A DNA stretch of 64,000 nucleotides from Macrostomum lignano (taxonomy: Eukaryota), in assembly GCA_002269645.1 (NCBI GenBank), contig NIVC01002360.1, positions 62,001 to 126,000 of the forward strand, in the 5' to 3' direction. Shown in pieces: positions 34,191-48,300 of the stretch. A program made the position numbers and the translations under genes. Position 1 is the stretch's first letter, and each line of letters opens with the position of its first letter. The notes under the pieces were generated by a model, which did no database searches, had not been told where the DNA came from, and saw only the letters and a program-made list of their open reading frames with translations.

Positions 34191-34799
34191 TGAAGACTTG
34201 GAAGTACCCAGAAGTACCCAATCTCACTAATGCACTTCGCAACTTTCACGGGTATTTCAGTAAAATTTGCACGAACTTCGAGTGCAGCGCCCTTTCACTC
34301 TGCTTGAGGAGGCTATGTTTCGAGCACGTGATGCGTCGGGCCCCCGAAGCCCTTGAAGAAGAAAAAGCACACTCGAGAAGCTCGGACCGACACAACAGAA
34401 GGGGCAAAGATGCGGTTGTTCATTTTCTGTCCTTCATTCGACGAACCCAATGCACTGATCACAGTTATTATGTCACTTTTATTGATGGCCTGACGGTAAG
34501 GAATTGGACGCTCCGCCCCCTCCCCAAGTGGTAATTAGCACCCTTTGGAAGCCTTTAAATAGCTTTAAACAACATCCGAATGTCGTAAACTTTCTACAGA
34601 TTCTTCGTCTTTTCGTAATAATAAATAGGATTGAATACTTCTGTCATTGCGAGGTCAGCTTTTCCTGTTCTATCAGAGTGCGACCAGTGGCCGGGTGCAG
34701 CTACCGTCCTTCATGTTCTCTTGTAGCTTCTTCGCTGCGTCCCGATGTAGCACTCATACTTCATTGCACGATTCTCCACAATGTCTACCTTCCTACTAT

Positions 34800-35320
34800 A
34801 GCTGGTGTGGAAGCCAGTTAGTAAGCTGCATGGTGCGGAAGCTGGTGTGGAAGCTGGTGGGAAAGCTGGTGTGAAAGCCAGTCATGAAGCTGGTGTGGAA
34901 GCTGGTGTGGAAGCCAGTCAGGAAGCTGGTGCCGAAACTGGTGTGGAAGCTGGTCAGGAAGCTGATGTGGAAGCTGGTCAAGAAGCTGGTCAGGAAGCTG
35001 GTGTGGAAGCTGGTGTGGAAGCCAGTCAGGAAGCTTGTGTGGAAGCTGGCGTGAAAGCCAGTTAGGAAGCTGGTGCCGAAACTGGTGTGGAAGCTGGTCA
35101 GGAAGCTGATGTGGAAGCTGGTCAAGAAGCTGGTCAGGAAGCTGGTGTGGAAGTTGGTCAGGAAGCTGGTGTGAAAGCTTGTGTAAAAGCCAGTCATGAA
35201 GCTGGTGTGGAAGCCAGTCAGGAAGCTGGTGTGGAAGCTGGTGTGGAAGCTGGTGTGAAAGCCAGTCAGAAAGCCAGTCAGAAAGCTGGTCAGGAAGCTG
35301 GTCAGGAAGCTGGTGTGAAG
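34800..35320. repeat. 12-bp degenerate repeat (GAAGCTGGTGTG / GAAGCCAGTCAG)
   Basis: Tandem units upstream of the GPCR. Confidence 0.88.
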
Positions 35321-35541
35321 GTCAGCTCGCATATCCAGCAATCCCAGTCGAATTCTGAGTCTTCATTGGAGTGCCGAGTGCCGAACTGATCGGCCATTGG
35401 TCGGCAGAAATTCCTTCAACCCTTGCCCAATTCCCCAAAAAGCCAAGGCAGAGCCGATGGGCAAGGAAAAAGTCACGCGAAGAGAGGAGCTTAAATTAGC
35501 CTGCCGCAGAAAGATCCAGCAACGCAACTGCACCGGCTCCG

Positions 35542-38500
35542 ATGATGGAGTCGAACTCGAGCCTGTCGGGCGGAGCTGCGCTGCACAGCCAGGCCATGAG
35601 CAGCGGCAAGGTGGCCGCCACGGCTGTCTACCTGCTGATTGTGGCCGTCGGCCTGTTCGGAAACAGCCTGGTGATCATCACGGTGCTCATCGATCGGCGA
35701 ATGCGGGCGAGCGTCACCAATCTGTACATTCTGAACCTGGCTGCCGCCGACCTGTTGTCCCTGCTGCTGGCGGTCTGGCAGATTGTGCTGCACCTCCTGT
35801 CCGAGGAGTGGCTGCTGGGGCTGGCGCTGTGCAAGGCGCAGCGGTTCGCCATGACAACAGCACTGTATGCCTCTGTCATCACTCTCACCATCGTCTGTGT
35901 GGAGCGGTGAGTTTGTAGGGGAGCTTTAACTCAAGCAGTAATGCTATTTCTATGACCCATGTGCCCTCACACAGGCACATGCTCACAGGGGGTACAGCGC
36001 CCTGATGTTCTCATTATACAATCTATGTGCCTTGGTGGTTGGCCTTCGTGTGCGTGAATCTATTAGCTTGCACAGCAGTCCCTGACAGCAGTCCCTGACA
36101 GCAGTCCCTGACAGCAGTCCCTGACAGCAGTCCCTGACAGCAGCCAGTCCCTGACAGAAATCCCTGACAGCAGTCCCTGACAGCAGTCTCTGACAGCAGT
36201 CCCTGACAGCAGTCCCTGACAACAGTCTCTGACAGCAGTCCCTGACAGCAGTCCCTGACAGCAGTCCCTGACAGCAGTCCCTGACAGCAGCCAGTCCCTG
36301 AGAGCAATCTTTGACAGCAGTCCCTGACAGCAGTCTCTGACAGCAGTCCCTGACAGCAGCCAGTCCCTGAGAGCAATCTTTGACAGCAGTCTCTGACAGC
36401 AGTCCCTGACAGCAGTCCCTGACAGCAGTCCCTGACAGCAGTCCCTGACAACAGTCCCTGACAGCAGTCCCTGACAGCAGTCCCTGACAGCAGTCCCTGA
36501 CAGCAGTCCCTGACAGCAGTCCCTGACAGCAGTCCCTGACAGCAGTCCCTGACAGCAGCCAGTCCCTGGCAGAAATCCCTGACAGCAGTCCCTGACAGCA
36601 GTCTCTGACAGCAGTCCCTGACAGCAGTCCCTGACAACAGTCTCTGACAGCAGTCCCTGACAGCAGTCCCTGACAGCAGTCCCTGACAGCAGTCCCTGAC
36701 AGCAGCCAGTCCCTGAGAGCAATCTCTGACAGCAGTCCCTGACAGCAGTCCCTGACAGCGGTCCCTGACAGCAGTCCCTGACAGCAGTCCCTGACAGCAG
36801 TTGGCCTACAACAGCCAGTGAAGGCCATTTAAATCCGGAAGCTTCAGATAAGGAAGCGGGGTTCGCACCTCGGTGGCACCTGACGGATTTGACGGATTCG
36901 GGTGAACCGGAAGCGACGCCCTGGATTAACTATAGTCCCAGCTTTTCTGCAAGCGCCGCAGTCAGCTCTGGACCGACAAGCTTAAGTCGGACAGGTCAAT
37001 TCAGCAAATTGATTCTGTGTTGCAGCTAGAATCGCCAGTCAATAATTCATCAGCCTGATGGCTTCCTCTGCAGCCTCCCCTGCGCTGCCCCATCGGCTGA
37101 TAAAAAACACAGCGGCTCCGCTCCCGCTCGGCAACCGAGATCGAACAGATTCTTTTGATATCCTTGAAGCTTTCCCAGTTCAGAATAAAAAAGGCCTAAG
37201 ATATGCGCTCCGACCGTAGCTCGTACATCATGTCACGGAGTTCTTAGAAGGCCTTCTCCAGTGTCTCATCTGGCCTCATCTGGTCGAATCATCTAAGACT
37301 CATTTAAAACTCAGTCCAACATTCATTGCTACATGCATTGACGTTTGATCTGAGCTGCCGAAAAAGCCTTGCAAGAAGCCAGAGCTTCAAGAAAACGAGG
37401 AACAATCTCGCAATGTCCCCTTCCCGACCGAGAAAAGTTTAAGAAGACGAGTAGAAATCGGAGCTCCGGCTTTTCTCCGCCAAAATCTCACAGTCCCTGG
37501 GAGAAGTTCGGGATTTGAAATTCGAGCGGAGCCAGCAGAGACCATCAGGAAGTTGAAATCTTACAGGGCCAGGCCAGAACCCTCCTCTATCTGGCGGATT
37601 CTGGCGGCAGTTCGCCAATCCATTAGTCAGGCTCCGAAGTCTCCGGAAAATGGGGCTCCCTACGCTCAGGAACTTGTTTTCAGCTGAGTAGTACTCGAAG
37701 GAGTTGAGGAACATCTCCCCAGAACAATGCTCTCAAAATGAATATGGGAATCAGTGTAGAGCGTAAATCATTGAGTATGAGTATGGGCAGTTTATCAATT
37801 ATTTAGAGAATTCAGGCAATCGAGTTGAGTCATTGGTGCAGAATCCTTACTTGAGAATAGATATGTATTTATGCTTCGGCTTTGGGGAAAAAGGAAAAGG
37901 AGGGCCGCAGAAGTCCCATTAGGCAGCCAAGCAGATCCCACGCACCAGACTGGCGGAGATTCTGTGCTGCAGAAAGGGTGGGTTGGGAGTCACGAGGACG
38001 AACTGTCAGCTCTGCTTGAGCTGGCGGAAGCAGAGCGCTGACAGACTGGGGGCTTTCTGTCTTCAGCAAAAGTGGCAACGGATGTCCTGGGTTTTCTTTT
38101 CCTTTCGTTTCCTGGAACTTTTAGAAAATTCAAGTTTGCTGACAGATTCTGTTAAACATTGTTTAGCTATTTCTCTGTAGCAGTTGAGTGTCATTATTAA
38201 AATAGATAAGAAAAAGTCCTACGAAAATAAGCGTGATCTCGATCTAGGCAACGATGGGTGGGGTGTCAGTGACACAGCAAGTGACCAGTGTGGGGTATCA
38301 GTGACACAACAAGTGACCAGTGTGGGGTATCAGTGACCCAGCAAGTGACCGGTGTGGGGTGTCAGTGACACAGCAAGTGACCAGTGTGGGGTGTCAGTGA
38401 CACAGCAAGTGACCAGTGTGGGGTGTCAGTGACACAGCAAGTGACCAGTGTGGGGTATCAGTGACACAACAAGTGACCAGTGTGGGGTATCAGTGACCCA

Positions 38501-39950
38501 GCAAGTGACCGGTGTGGGGTATCAGTGACCCAGCAAGTGACCAGTGTGGGGTGTCAGTGACACAGCAAGTGACCGGTGTGGGGTATCAGTGACACAGCAA
38601 GTGACCAGTGTGGGGTGTCAGTGACACAGCAAGTGACCGGTGTGGGGTATCAGTGACACAGCAAGTGACCAGTGTGGGGTGTCAGTGACACAGCAAGTGA
38701 CCAGTGTGGGGTATCAGTGACCCAGCAAGTGACCAGTGTGGGGTGTCAGTGACACAGCAAGTGACCAGTGTGGGGTATCAGTGACCCAGCAAGTGACCAG
38801 TGTGGGGTATCAGTGACCCAGCAAGTGACCAGTGTGGGGTATCAGTGACCCAGCAAGTGACCAGTGTGGGGTATCAGTGACCCAGCAAGTGACCGGTGTG
38901 GGGAGTCAGTGACACAACAAGTGACCGGTGTGGGGAGTCAGTGACACAGCAAGTGACCGGTGTGGGGTGTCAGTGACACAGCAAGTGACCGGTGTGGGGT
39001 GTCAGTGACACAGCAAGTGACCGGTGTGGGGTGTCAGTGACACAGCAAGTGACCGGTGTGGGGTGTCAGTGACACAGCAAGTGACCGGTGTGGGGTGTCA
39101 GAGGCGGTGTCAGCCAGTACAAGCAGGTCCGGCCCACCGCACCCGCAGCTACGTGGCCATCGTGCACCCGATGCGCGCCCACCTGCTGTTCTCCCGCCGC
39201 CGCGCCCTGCTGAGCATCCTGGCCTGCTGGCTGCTCGGCCTCGCCCTGGCCAGCCAGAGCCTCGCCTTCCTCGCCGTGGTGCCGCAGTCGCCGGGCGGCC
39301 GGCTGCGCTGCTTCGCCAAGTACGGCGCCACCAGGCAGGAGCACGAGGCCGCGATGAAGTGGGTCGGCGCCGCCGAGATCTGCCTTTTCTACTTCCTGCC
39401 GCTGGGCCTGCAGATCGTGCTGTACAGGCGGATGACCCTCGCCCTGTTCGGCGGCGGCGGCGGCGGTCAGGGCGGCGGGCCTGGCCGAGACCAGAGCCAG
39501 CCGAGGAAAAACAACGAAGCGAGCAGCACGGCCGGGCGCAAGCAGGTGGTGAAGATGCTGATCGCCTGCGTTGCCGTATACTTTGTGTGCTACCTGTCCA
39601 AGCTGCTGGAGGTCCTGTTCAACATCATCGACTTCCATCCCATCCGGCGGGACAGCGCCCAGGTGATCACCATGGCGATGGTGTACGCCAATTCCGCTGT
39701 GAACCCGCTGCTGTACACCGTGTTCAGCAGCAACTTCCGGCACCAGTTCCGGCTGACGTTTCGGCGCTGCTTCGGCCGGAAAAGCGGCGACGGAGGTGCC
39801 GCAGCTCTGGGAGGGCCCGGAAGGCGGTTCGACAGCCTGGCCAGCAACAGAGGCGCCGGGATGCTGCAGCAGCAGCCGCAGCCGCAGAAGGCTTCGCTCA
39901 AGACTGAGGCTGCCGATCCCAGCATTCCAATGCTGCCTGTGGAGCCATGA
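35542..39950 (+). CDS. Rhodopsin-class peptide GPCR, about 388 aa, 2 exons: 35542-35906, 39149-39950
   Basis: TM1 GN, TM2 NLAAADL, ECL1 WLLG..LCK, an ERY motif split by a phase-2 GT-AG intron, TM5 FYFLP, TM6 VVKML and TM7 NSAVNPLLY. Confidence 0.93.
36071..36800. repeat. 13-bp minisatellite (CAGCAGTCCCTGA) in the GPCR intron
   Basis: Tandem units. Confidence 0.93.
38257..39098. repeat. 32-bp minisatellite (GTGGGGTGTCAGTGACACAGCAAGTGACCAGT) in the GPCR intron
   Basis: Period 32 (38281, 38313); about 26 copies. Confidence 0.93.
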
Positions 39951-40079
39951 GTTACTTGGCTCTGGCAAGCTGAGGATGAGGAGAAAAGGATATTTCTAGT
40001 TTTTACTCACAACTCAATGAACTTCAATTATGCGACTTTGTTACTCACTAAATTCTGCGACTCATCCTATTCAATGCCT

Positions 40080-40330
40080 CGTCTGATTCTAGGCCTCACA
40101 TGATTCTATGACTCATACGATTCTGTGACTCATCTGATTCTAGGCCCCACATGATTCTATGACTCATACGATTCTGTGACTCATCTGATTCTAGGCCCCA
40201 CATGATTCTATGACTCATACGATTCTGTGACTCATCTGATTCTAGGCCCCACATGATTCTATGACTCATACGATTCTGTGACTCATCTGATTCTATGACT
40301 CATCTGATTCTATGACTCATCCGACTCTAC
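40080..40330. repeat. 51-bp repeat built from ~17-bp GATTCT-based subunits
   Basis: TCATCTGATTCTAGGCCCCACATGATTCTATGACTCATACGATTCTGTGAC is repeated about 4 times. Confidence 0.85.
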
Positions 40331-41182
40331 GACTCAAAAAATTCTTAGACTCCTCCAACTCACTGATATCTGATCCGCATGTGACTCCCGCTACTGCGAC
40401 TTTTTTAATCAACTACTTATAAAAGCGTTGGAAATGTCTCTATTGAAAACTGATGGTCAGCGAGGACCTCAAAATGAAATACTTTTTATTGAAATCCTAA
40501 TCTACTCAAAATGCTGCTCTCTGTGCTTATACTCTACACAATCGCTTTTGTTGTTGGTCCATCAGCAAATTATAACCATTTTTGTTGTTTCGCCTCTAAA
40601 TGAGATAATCGAGCGAGCGTAAAAAATTAACAGACTAACAAATCAACCCCGTGTACCATTTTAAATCGTTTTGGACCGAAATTCCTAAGTTAATGCACCA
40701 ATTTCCTGTAAAACTTATGCGGCAAAACTGAATTCCACCGCGTCTGTCAGAGAAATTCGAGTTCGGGTTTTCGCTTTTCTCGTTTTTTAGCCTCGTGACT
40801 TTGCGATGGAAATGGCTGCGCAGATTATAAATGCAAATCAAGACTCCATTGGGGATTTCCCCATTAAATTTTAACAAAACTCCCGGGCTAAGGTTAGGGT
40901 TAGGTTGAGTTTTGAAAGTTGCATGAAATCAATTCTGTGGCAGATGCAGCCATCTGGAATTCATCAGATAATTAAGTCAGCTCATTGCTAAACTATTTAA
41001 AACCCAACTGTACAAGCAACTCTTTAATAATTATGTTAATATTATGATTATTATTTTAGTCTGAGCAAACCTGCAATGCAATCTTATATAGTACCACAAG
41101 AACTTTATAAAGAGCTGTGTAGTCTTTTGCCAGCTTCAAAAGTGAGTGTCATTTCCAGGCTGCATAAAGTCCAGCGGATGAG

Positions 41183-41450
41183 CCAGGGTGCAGCCTGGTG
41201 GTTAGAGCGTCAGACTCACGACTTGACGGTCGGGGGTTCGATTCCCGATCCCATCGGAACAATTTGTGTCCTTGAGCAAGACACTTAACTCTGCATTGCT
41301 TCAGTTCACCCAGCTGGGGTAACTGAGGGTGTGTGTGGCGACCCCCCAAGTCTTCAGATGCGCCGCGTAATGGTTGCGGCTGAGCTGTCGGTTGCACATC
41401 TGCCCATTGGGGCAGGTGTAATTAATTATTATTATAATATTATTATAAAT
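41183..41450 (+). mobile_element. tRNA-derived SINE
   Basis: A-box-like CAGCCTGGTGG and B-box GGTTCGATTCCC (41235-41246). The central segment TGTGTCCTTGAGCAAGACACTTAAC resembles conserved SINE core domains. A (TTA/TAA)-type tail follows. Confidence 0.8.
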
Positions 41451-41826
41451 TGCGCTTTTGGATACTATAAATAAATTTTTAAATATTTTAAGCTAATAGA
41501 TGGTCTGTCTAAACCTGTATTTTTCCATGTGCGACTGCAAATTATACTTAATCTGTGAAATTATAACTAAGATACGCACCCTAAGATTAAAGCAATCATT
41601 AGTGCCTTTCCAAGAAATGACTTGCAACGAGCGGCACGCCGAAAGAGATGAAGACAATGCGAGATAGAGGAAGCTGAATTGCAAAGGTCAGTGCTTGGCT
41701 TCAAAAAATTTATATGCGCCCACACGGAGGCGTATTGAGGCCTCAGTTCCTCTAATGAGTTGCCAGATGAGGTTGATGTCCACATGGGAGGGGGGCTTCA
41801 CTTCAGTACCGCTCCGAGATGAAATT

Positions 41827-42940
41827 GGCTGTCATGTAGTCAGGCTGTCATGTAGTCAGGCTGTCATGTAGTCAGGCTGTCATGTAGTCAGGCTGTCATG
41901 TAGTCAGGCTGTCATGTAGTCAGGCTGTCATGTAGTCAGGCTGTCATGTAGTCAGGCTGTCATGTAGTCAGGCTGTCATGTAGTCAGGCTGTCATGTAGT
42001 CAGGCTGTCATGTAGTCAGGCTGTCATGTAGTCAGGCTGTCATGTAGTCAGGCTGTCATGTAGTCAGGCTGTCATGTAGTCAGGCTGTCATGTAGTCAGG
42101 CTGTCATGTAGTCAGGCTGTCATGTAGTCAGGCTGTCATGTAGTCAGGCTGTCATGTAGTCAGGCTGTCATGTAGTCAGGCTGTCATGTAGTCAGGCTGT
42201 CATGTAGTCAGGCTGTCATGTAGTCAGGCTGTCATGTAGTCAGGCTGTCATGTAGTCAGGCTGTCATGTAGTCAGGCTGTCATGTAGTCAGGCTGTCATG
42301 TAGTCAGGCTGTCATGTAGTCAGGCTGTCATGTAGTCAGGCTGTCATGTAGTCAGGCTGTCATGTAGTCAGGCTGTCATGTAGTCAGGCTGTCATGTAGT
42401 CAGGCTGTCATGTAGTCAGGCTGTCATGTAGTCAGGCTGTCATGTAGTCAGGCTGTCATGTAGTCAGGCTGTCATGTAGTCAGGCTGTCATGTAGTCAGG
42501 CTGTCATGTAGTCAGGCTGTCATGTAGTCAGGCTGTCATGTAGTCAGGCTGTCATGTAGTCAGGCTGTCATGTAGTCAGGCTGTCATGTAGTCAGGCTGT
42601 CATGTAGTCAGGCTGTCATGTAGTCAGGCTGTCATGTAGTCAGGCTGTCATGTAGTCAGGCTGTCATGTAGTCAGGCTGTCATGTAGTCAGGCTGTCATG
42701 TAGTCAGGCTGTCATGTAGTCAGGCTGTCATGTAGTCAGGCTGTCATGTAGTCAGGCTGTCATGTAGTCAGGCTGTCATGTAGTCAGGCTGTCATGTAGT
42801 CAGGCTGTCATGTAGTCAGGCTGTCATGTAGTCAGGCTGTCATGTAGTCAGGCTGTCATGTAGTCAGGCTGTCATGTAGTCAGGCTGTCATGTAGTCAGG
42901 CTGTCATGTAGTCAGGCTGTCATGTAGTCAGGCTGTCATG
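41827..42940. repeat. Perfect 16-bp minisatellite (GGCTGTCATGTAGTCA), about 70 copies
   Basis: No variant units seen. Confidence 0.97.
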
Positions 42941-45365
42941 AACTGAGCTAAAATCTGTGCAAAAGCATACGGCACAGTTTCTATTATCAGCTGGAGATTT
43001 TGATGGCGGCTAAGTCGGTCCCGGATGCGTAAGCTCGGGACCCGGCAGAAATCGCGACTTTCCAGAAATAGCCGGCTTAAGATAACGGCGGTAAACATTT
43101 CGGGCCAGTTGCCAAACAGCCTTGTTGACAGATCTGCAGAAGCGAATTCGCCCCCTCAGCAACCTTCATCCGGCAGCTGATTGCCGGAGCGAGGCGGGGG
43201 CGCCCTGAAAATTGGCCATCAGCCATCAGCCAAAATGCTTTAAAATGTCATCGGCGAGACAAGAATATCAGCGGCCCTGCCGTCCCCTGCATAGTCAACC
43301 TGATTGCGATCTTCTCAAAAATCAAAACGCCTCATTTTTGCTCTCTCGCCTGTCTGTCTGGTTGTATGCCTCGAAAACTTTGCCAATGTTGCTTTTTTGA
43401 GGCTTTCCAGCACCCAGTGAGAGCTCAGCTCGGGCTCGCATGTGCGAGCCCTTCGGAATTTGCCCGCAGGGGCATCCCAAGTTGAGCAGGAACACATCCC
43501 GCTCTCTTCCTTAGCTCTCTGTCTGTTAGCTATTATTTCTCATCCTGCCGCAGGACATTCTTGGGAAAGCTTCTCTTCAAAAAAGGGTAAAACTTGAAGC
43601 TAGGAGCAGAAAATAGGTGTGGAATTTCCCGATCGCTTGCCAAACAATAACAGCCTGTCGCGTGATTTGAGAGCAAAAATAAACTAAGGTGGGACTCAAG
43701 GCGGTGGCTAGAGGTGCACCTTCAGGAAATGGAAACTCATTTCCCGTATAGTGCCTCTGGTCGCTTTGCTCAACCGGTTAAAAAAATAATTGCACTCTGA
43801 GTCATGGAGACGCTCAACAGTGCTCAGAGGGTGTGTGGGAACCTTTTAAACTGGGTGTCGAATGCTGAAGTTCTTCCCCACGGTTTTTGAGCGTCTGTCT
43901 GCAATAAATTGTTTCTTTCTAAAACAATGCTCAAAATTCAGCTTTGCCTGCTCGAGCAGAAAAGCCTAATTGTTCAATCGTTACAGATTTACAGATCTTA
44001 GACATTTAGTATGTGTGGACTTAATCTGAATGCACTCAAAAATGCAGATCAGATCAGATACTAGTGGTCCTCTGTGGGCTCAGGGTTGTCAGAAAAGTTC
44101 TGTGTATATTGTAATAACTTGAGAACGATAAACAGTAGAAACATGAAAAGTTACAAATGTCTTCCTTAACATCTATTCACTCAAAGTATGAGCCCTCAGC
44201 TTCAATACACTTCTCCCAACGCCGCACCAGCCCGTCAATGCCTGTAGTCATGCCATTGTTCGTCACGGCGGCAATGCCAGCCTTGTAGGCCTGATTCACG
44301 TCTTCCTCTGTGCTGAAACGCTGGCCTCGCATCGACTCCTTGATGCGAGGGAAGAGGAAAAAGTCGCATGGACTTAAGTCCGGGGAATAAGGCGGATGCG
44401 GAAGAATTTCCCACCCCCACGACTCGATCGTAGCCAGCACGCTTTGCTTTCGGTGCGGGGCTGCGTTGTCGTGAAGCAGAATCGGGCCAGCCGCGTGAAG
44501 TGCAGGCCTTTTGTCCCGAATGGCACGCCGAACTTTCACCAGAACCGACAGGTAGAAATCACCATTGACCGTCTGCCCCACTGGCACAGGCTGATTGAAC
44601 AACAGACCCTCCCGGTCGAAGAAAGTCACGTGCATGACCTTCAGCTGGCCGATGCTCCGGATGGCCTTTTGAGGTCGCGGAGAACCTGGCCTGCACCATT
44701 TGGCTCTCTGCCGCTTCAACTCCGCCTCCCAAGAATGCGACAAGGTTTCGTCGCAGGCAACGATCCTCTGCAAGAACGCCGTGCCCTCCCACCGACACCG
44801 CTGCAGGTTGGATGCGCACATGGCGACCCGCCGAGCCTGCTGATCGTCAGTGAGCAGATGCGGCACCCACTTGGCACAGACCTTGCGCATCCCAAGGTCC
44901 TCGGTCAGGATCTTGTGGACTGAGTCGTGGGACACCCCTATGGCATCAGCCAGCTGCCTGGTGGTCAGTCTCCGGTCCTGCAGCACGGCTGCCTCCACCT
45001 GACTCACCAGGCTGTCAGTCCGAGCACTCGTTGGTCGTCCACTGCGTGGCTTGTCGTCGAGGTCTTCTTTACCGTTGCGAATGGCAATAGCCCAGCGGCG
45101 AATCGTAAGATGGGCAAAAGTCTCCTATGGTCTGCCGCATTTCTTCAAAAATCTCGGTTGCTGAACGCCCCTGAAGGACATGAAACTCAATATGATCGCT
45201 CGATTGTCGCGTTTAGAAAAAGTCTCTCGCGGGACGGAATGCGCCATGGGTGTGGTTGAAAAATTACTGCTATTTTGGCTAGAAATGATATGGTGCTCTA
45301 AAACTGAAGCTAGCGACTCTTTATATATGTATATATCTATGGCTAAAACCCCAACTCTTCAGCTA

Positions 45366-48300
45366 CACTCTTCCCCTGAAGTAGGATATTGGTCCATGAA
45401 ATATACCAAGAAAGCGGTTTGTTTCCCATGGATCAGTGTCCTTATAGTAGCCTAAAACAATGTTCACTGAAATCATATCGCATTGTCTGTACACCGTACA
45501 GGTATATTAATTAGTCCAGTACTAGCTGGCTGTTATAGTTAGTATTTACTTCACACTAGGGCCTCTGAATTGAATATTTATAGTAAAATTCAGACATGGA
45601 TATGCAGTTAAATACTTCAATAGATTCAATCCATTCGCACCTGCATATATCAACATTTGCACCTGTGTAATAACTACCTTTATATGCACCTTGACACCTT
45701 TAATTTTTTTACCGTAAGTACTGCGAAAAAATCCATATAATAGATGAGCAAGGGGTAAAAACTATATATTCTACAGCTGTCACTTCAAAAAGCTAAAAGC
45801 ACAACAGACTTTGTTTGTCAATCAAGATTTTCAAGCCTTGTCAGTGGTAGGCTTATGAGAAGGGACATTTTAAATCGATCTCTTCCATAGACATTTGATT
45901 TTGTTTCACAAGTTTTTGTTGGTATGTACACTGGTGTTGAGGGTTTGGCCATAGACAAAAGTCTTGAGGAGATGAGCTGACTGTCAGTGTGAAATTTATG
46001 CCTTTATATTTTTTGGCTTTCATTGCTTCTCAAAATGCCTAACAGTAGGCGAACACACGAAGAAAGTCGAAACAGTGTGTGCATTTTATGCTTTCGCAAG
46101 GGTGACCGACAATTGACTGTAAGTCTGGAAGCCTTAATCGAGTGCTATGTCCTGCCTGGATTTGCTCAACACCGAGAATTTCTGCCGTCAGGTATCTGCA
46201 ACTCCTGCCGGATCAAGTTGTCATCGCAGAACAGTGCAGCACCAGCACCTCTTCCGCCTCGCTTGCCATACGAAAAAGTAATAGATGATCTGCACTACCT
46301 TCCACCACTCACTCGTGAACGTCCTGAGTGCAGCTGCTGGATCTGCAATGTCGCCTCCAGCAGGGCTAACAAGAACGTGAATGTAGCGCACCCCTACATG
46401 TCAGAGGAGTTCAATTCAGGGGTAGCAACTCCACTTGGCCGTCCTCTGAACTGTGCACCTGGATCCGTGAAAGACAGCGTCAAACATTGCGGCACATGCT
46501 CGTCACCAGTGGCGCGGGGAGTGCGACATGAATGCGGACAAGCCGCGAAGCTGCGCTACCTCAGCACCTTGAGTCCAAGTTCAATGGAGCATGTAGCCTG
46601 CAGTTTTCTCCGCGAAAAACTAAACGCAGCAGACGTGTCTTCTTCCGGAGATGCTGCAACAGCTAGTCTGTCTTCTGGTTTCGGTGGGCATCCAATCCAA
46701 GTCCAAGCTGTTGACACATCAACCAGCCATGTCCCACAAATGTTGCACAGCACAATGAGGGCCATGAAAACTGCCTTGAACCTAAGCACCAACCAGACCA
46801 TTCAAGCTGCGCAAGTGATAAGAGAGGCGTCTGGCAACAGAAAAGCAATTCAACCTGGATTGAAGGAGTTCCTGTTTTCTGAAGGCCAGAGTGTCGCTCA
46901 TTTCTTTGCTGTGGAGCAGCTCCAGTTCATCTGCAAGCAACCATCTGGGCAAGTAATTTCAATTGATCGTTCAGCTGTGTTCTGTTGCAATGTGAGTGAG
47001 TTCTTGGCTTATGTTTGCAGTTTGAGAGGCATGGCTGAGATGGAACATCATCTCAAGCTTGGAATTGATGGTGGAGGGAATTCATTGAAGATTTGCATCA
47101 GCGTTACTGATAGTGATGGGCTCCCGGCGCAAGCTTCAATGCCTGGGCCATCCAATAGATTTCTCAACTCGGGGTTAAAAAGCTTTTCGTCCTGGCCATT
47201 GTAGAGGATGTCAAAGAGTGTTACGAGAATGTCAAAACTCTATTATCCACCATGGACATCAGTTCCTTCCTATTCACTTTGGCCTGTGACTTCAAGCTAG
47301 CCAACATCATCTGTGGCATTCAAAGCCATGCTTCGACGCATCCTTGCCTTTACTGCGAGGGCAAGTCTCCATGGACCACTCCAGCACCAAGCAGAACACT
47401 TGGCTCAGTGAGGCGGCTGGCAAACGAGTTTCAGTTGGCCGGCGGACATCAGCCTGCTGCCAAACACTTTGCCAACTGTGTTCAGTCTCCACTGCTGCCT
47501 GGACTGGATTCCACTGAACTGATTGAGTTGGTGCCACCACCTGAGCTGCACATTATGCTTGGCATTGTGAACCGTTTGCTGGATGAGCTCAACAACCGAT
47601 GGGGCAATGATATGGCCTACAAGTGGGCCCATGGAGCAGGGATCTGTCGTCAGCAGTATCATGGAGGTTGCTTGGAAGGTCCAGCATGCAAGAAGCTGCT
47701 TCTAAAGGCTGGCGAGCTATGGAACATTTTACCTGCGCACCTGAAAATGTTTGCCGTTGCACTTCAGGATTTCAATGCAATTCGGCTAGCCTGCTTTGGC
47801 CAAACTCTTGCCAATGACTTTGCTTTGCATATTGCTCGATTTCAGACGACATGCCAGTTCCTCCAGCTAAATGTGACACCCAAGATGCATGCACTATTCC
47901 ACCATGTGCCAACATTCTGTTCAAAGTCTGGCAAGGCATTGGGGAGCTTTAGTGAGCAGACAGTGGAGTCAGCTCACAGTGATTTCGAGGCCACCTGGCA
48001 AAGATATCGGCGCCCTTTCAATCATCCACAGTATGCCGCAAACCTTCTTCAGGCTGTTGTGAACTATAATTCGTTTCATATTTGAACTTCTAACGTTATG
48101 GTTTGATCAACTGGACATAAACTGACTGACCTTGCCTGATTTATTTGTTTCTTCAATAGTGAGTTGCTAGTCTGTTTTAGTTGTATTGTATGGTTCTTTG
48201 TATTGTATTGTCTTTTGTATGGTTCTATTTCTGGTTTCTATTTCTAAACAATGTTCTATTCAGCAACATCTTTCGTATACATTCAGAATACAAGCAACTT

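Noticed and set aside
37390-37730. 91-codon - strand ORF in the GPCR intron
   Set aside because: Possibly retroelement debris, but I could not assign any motif.
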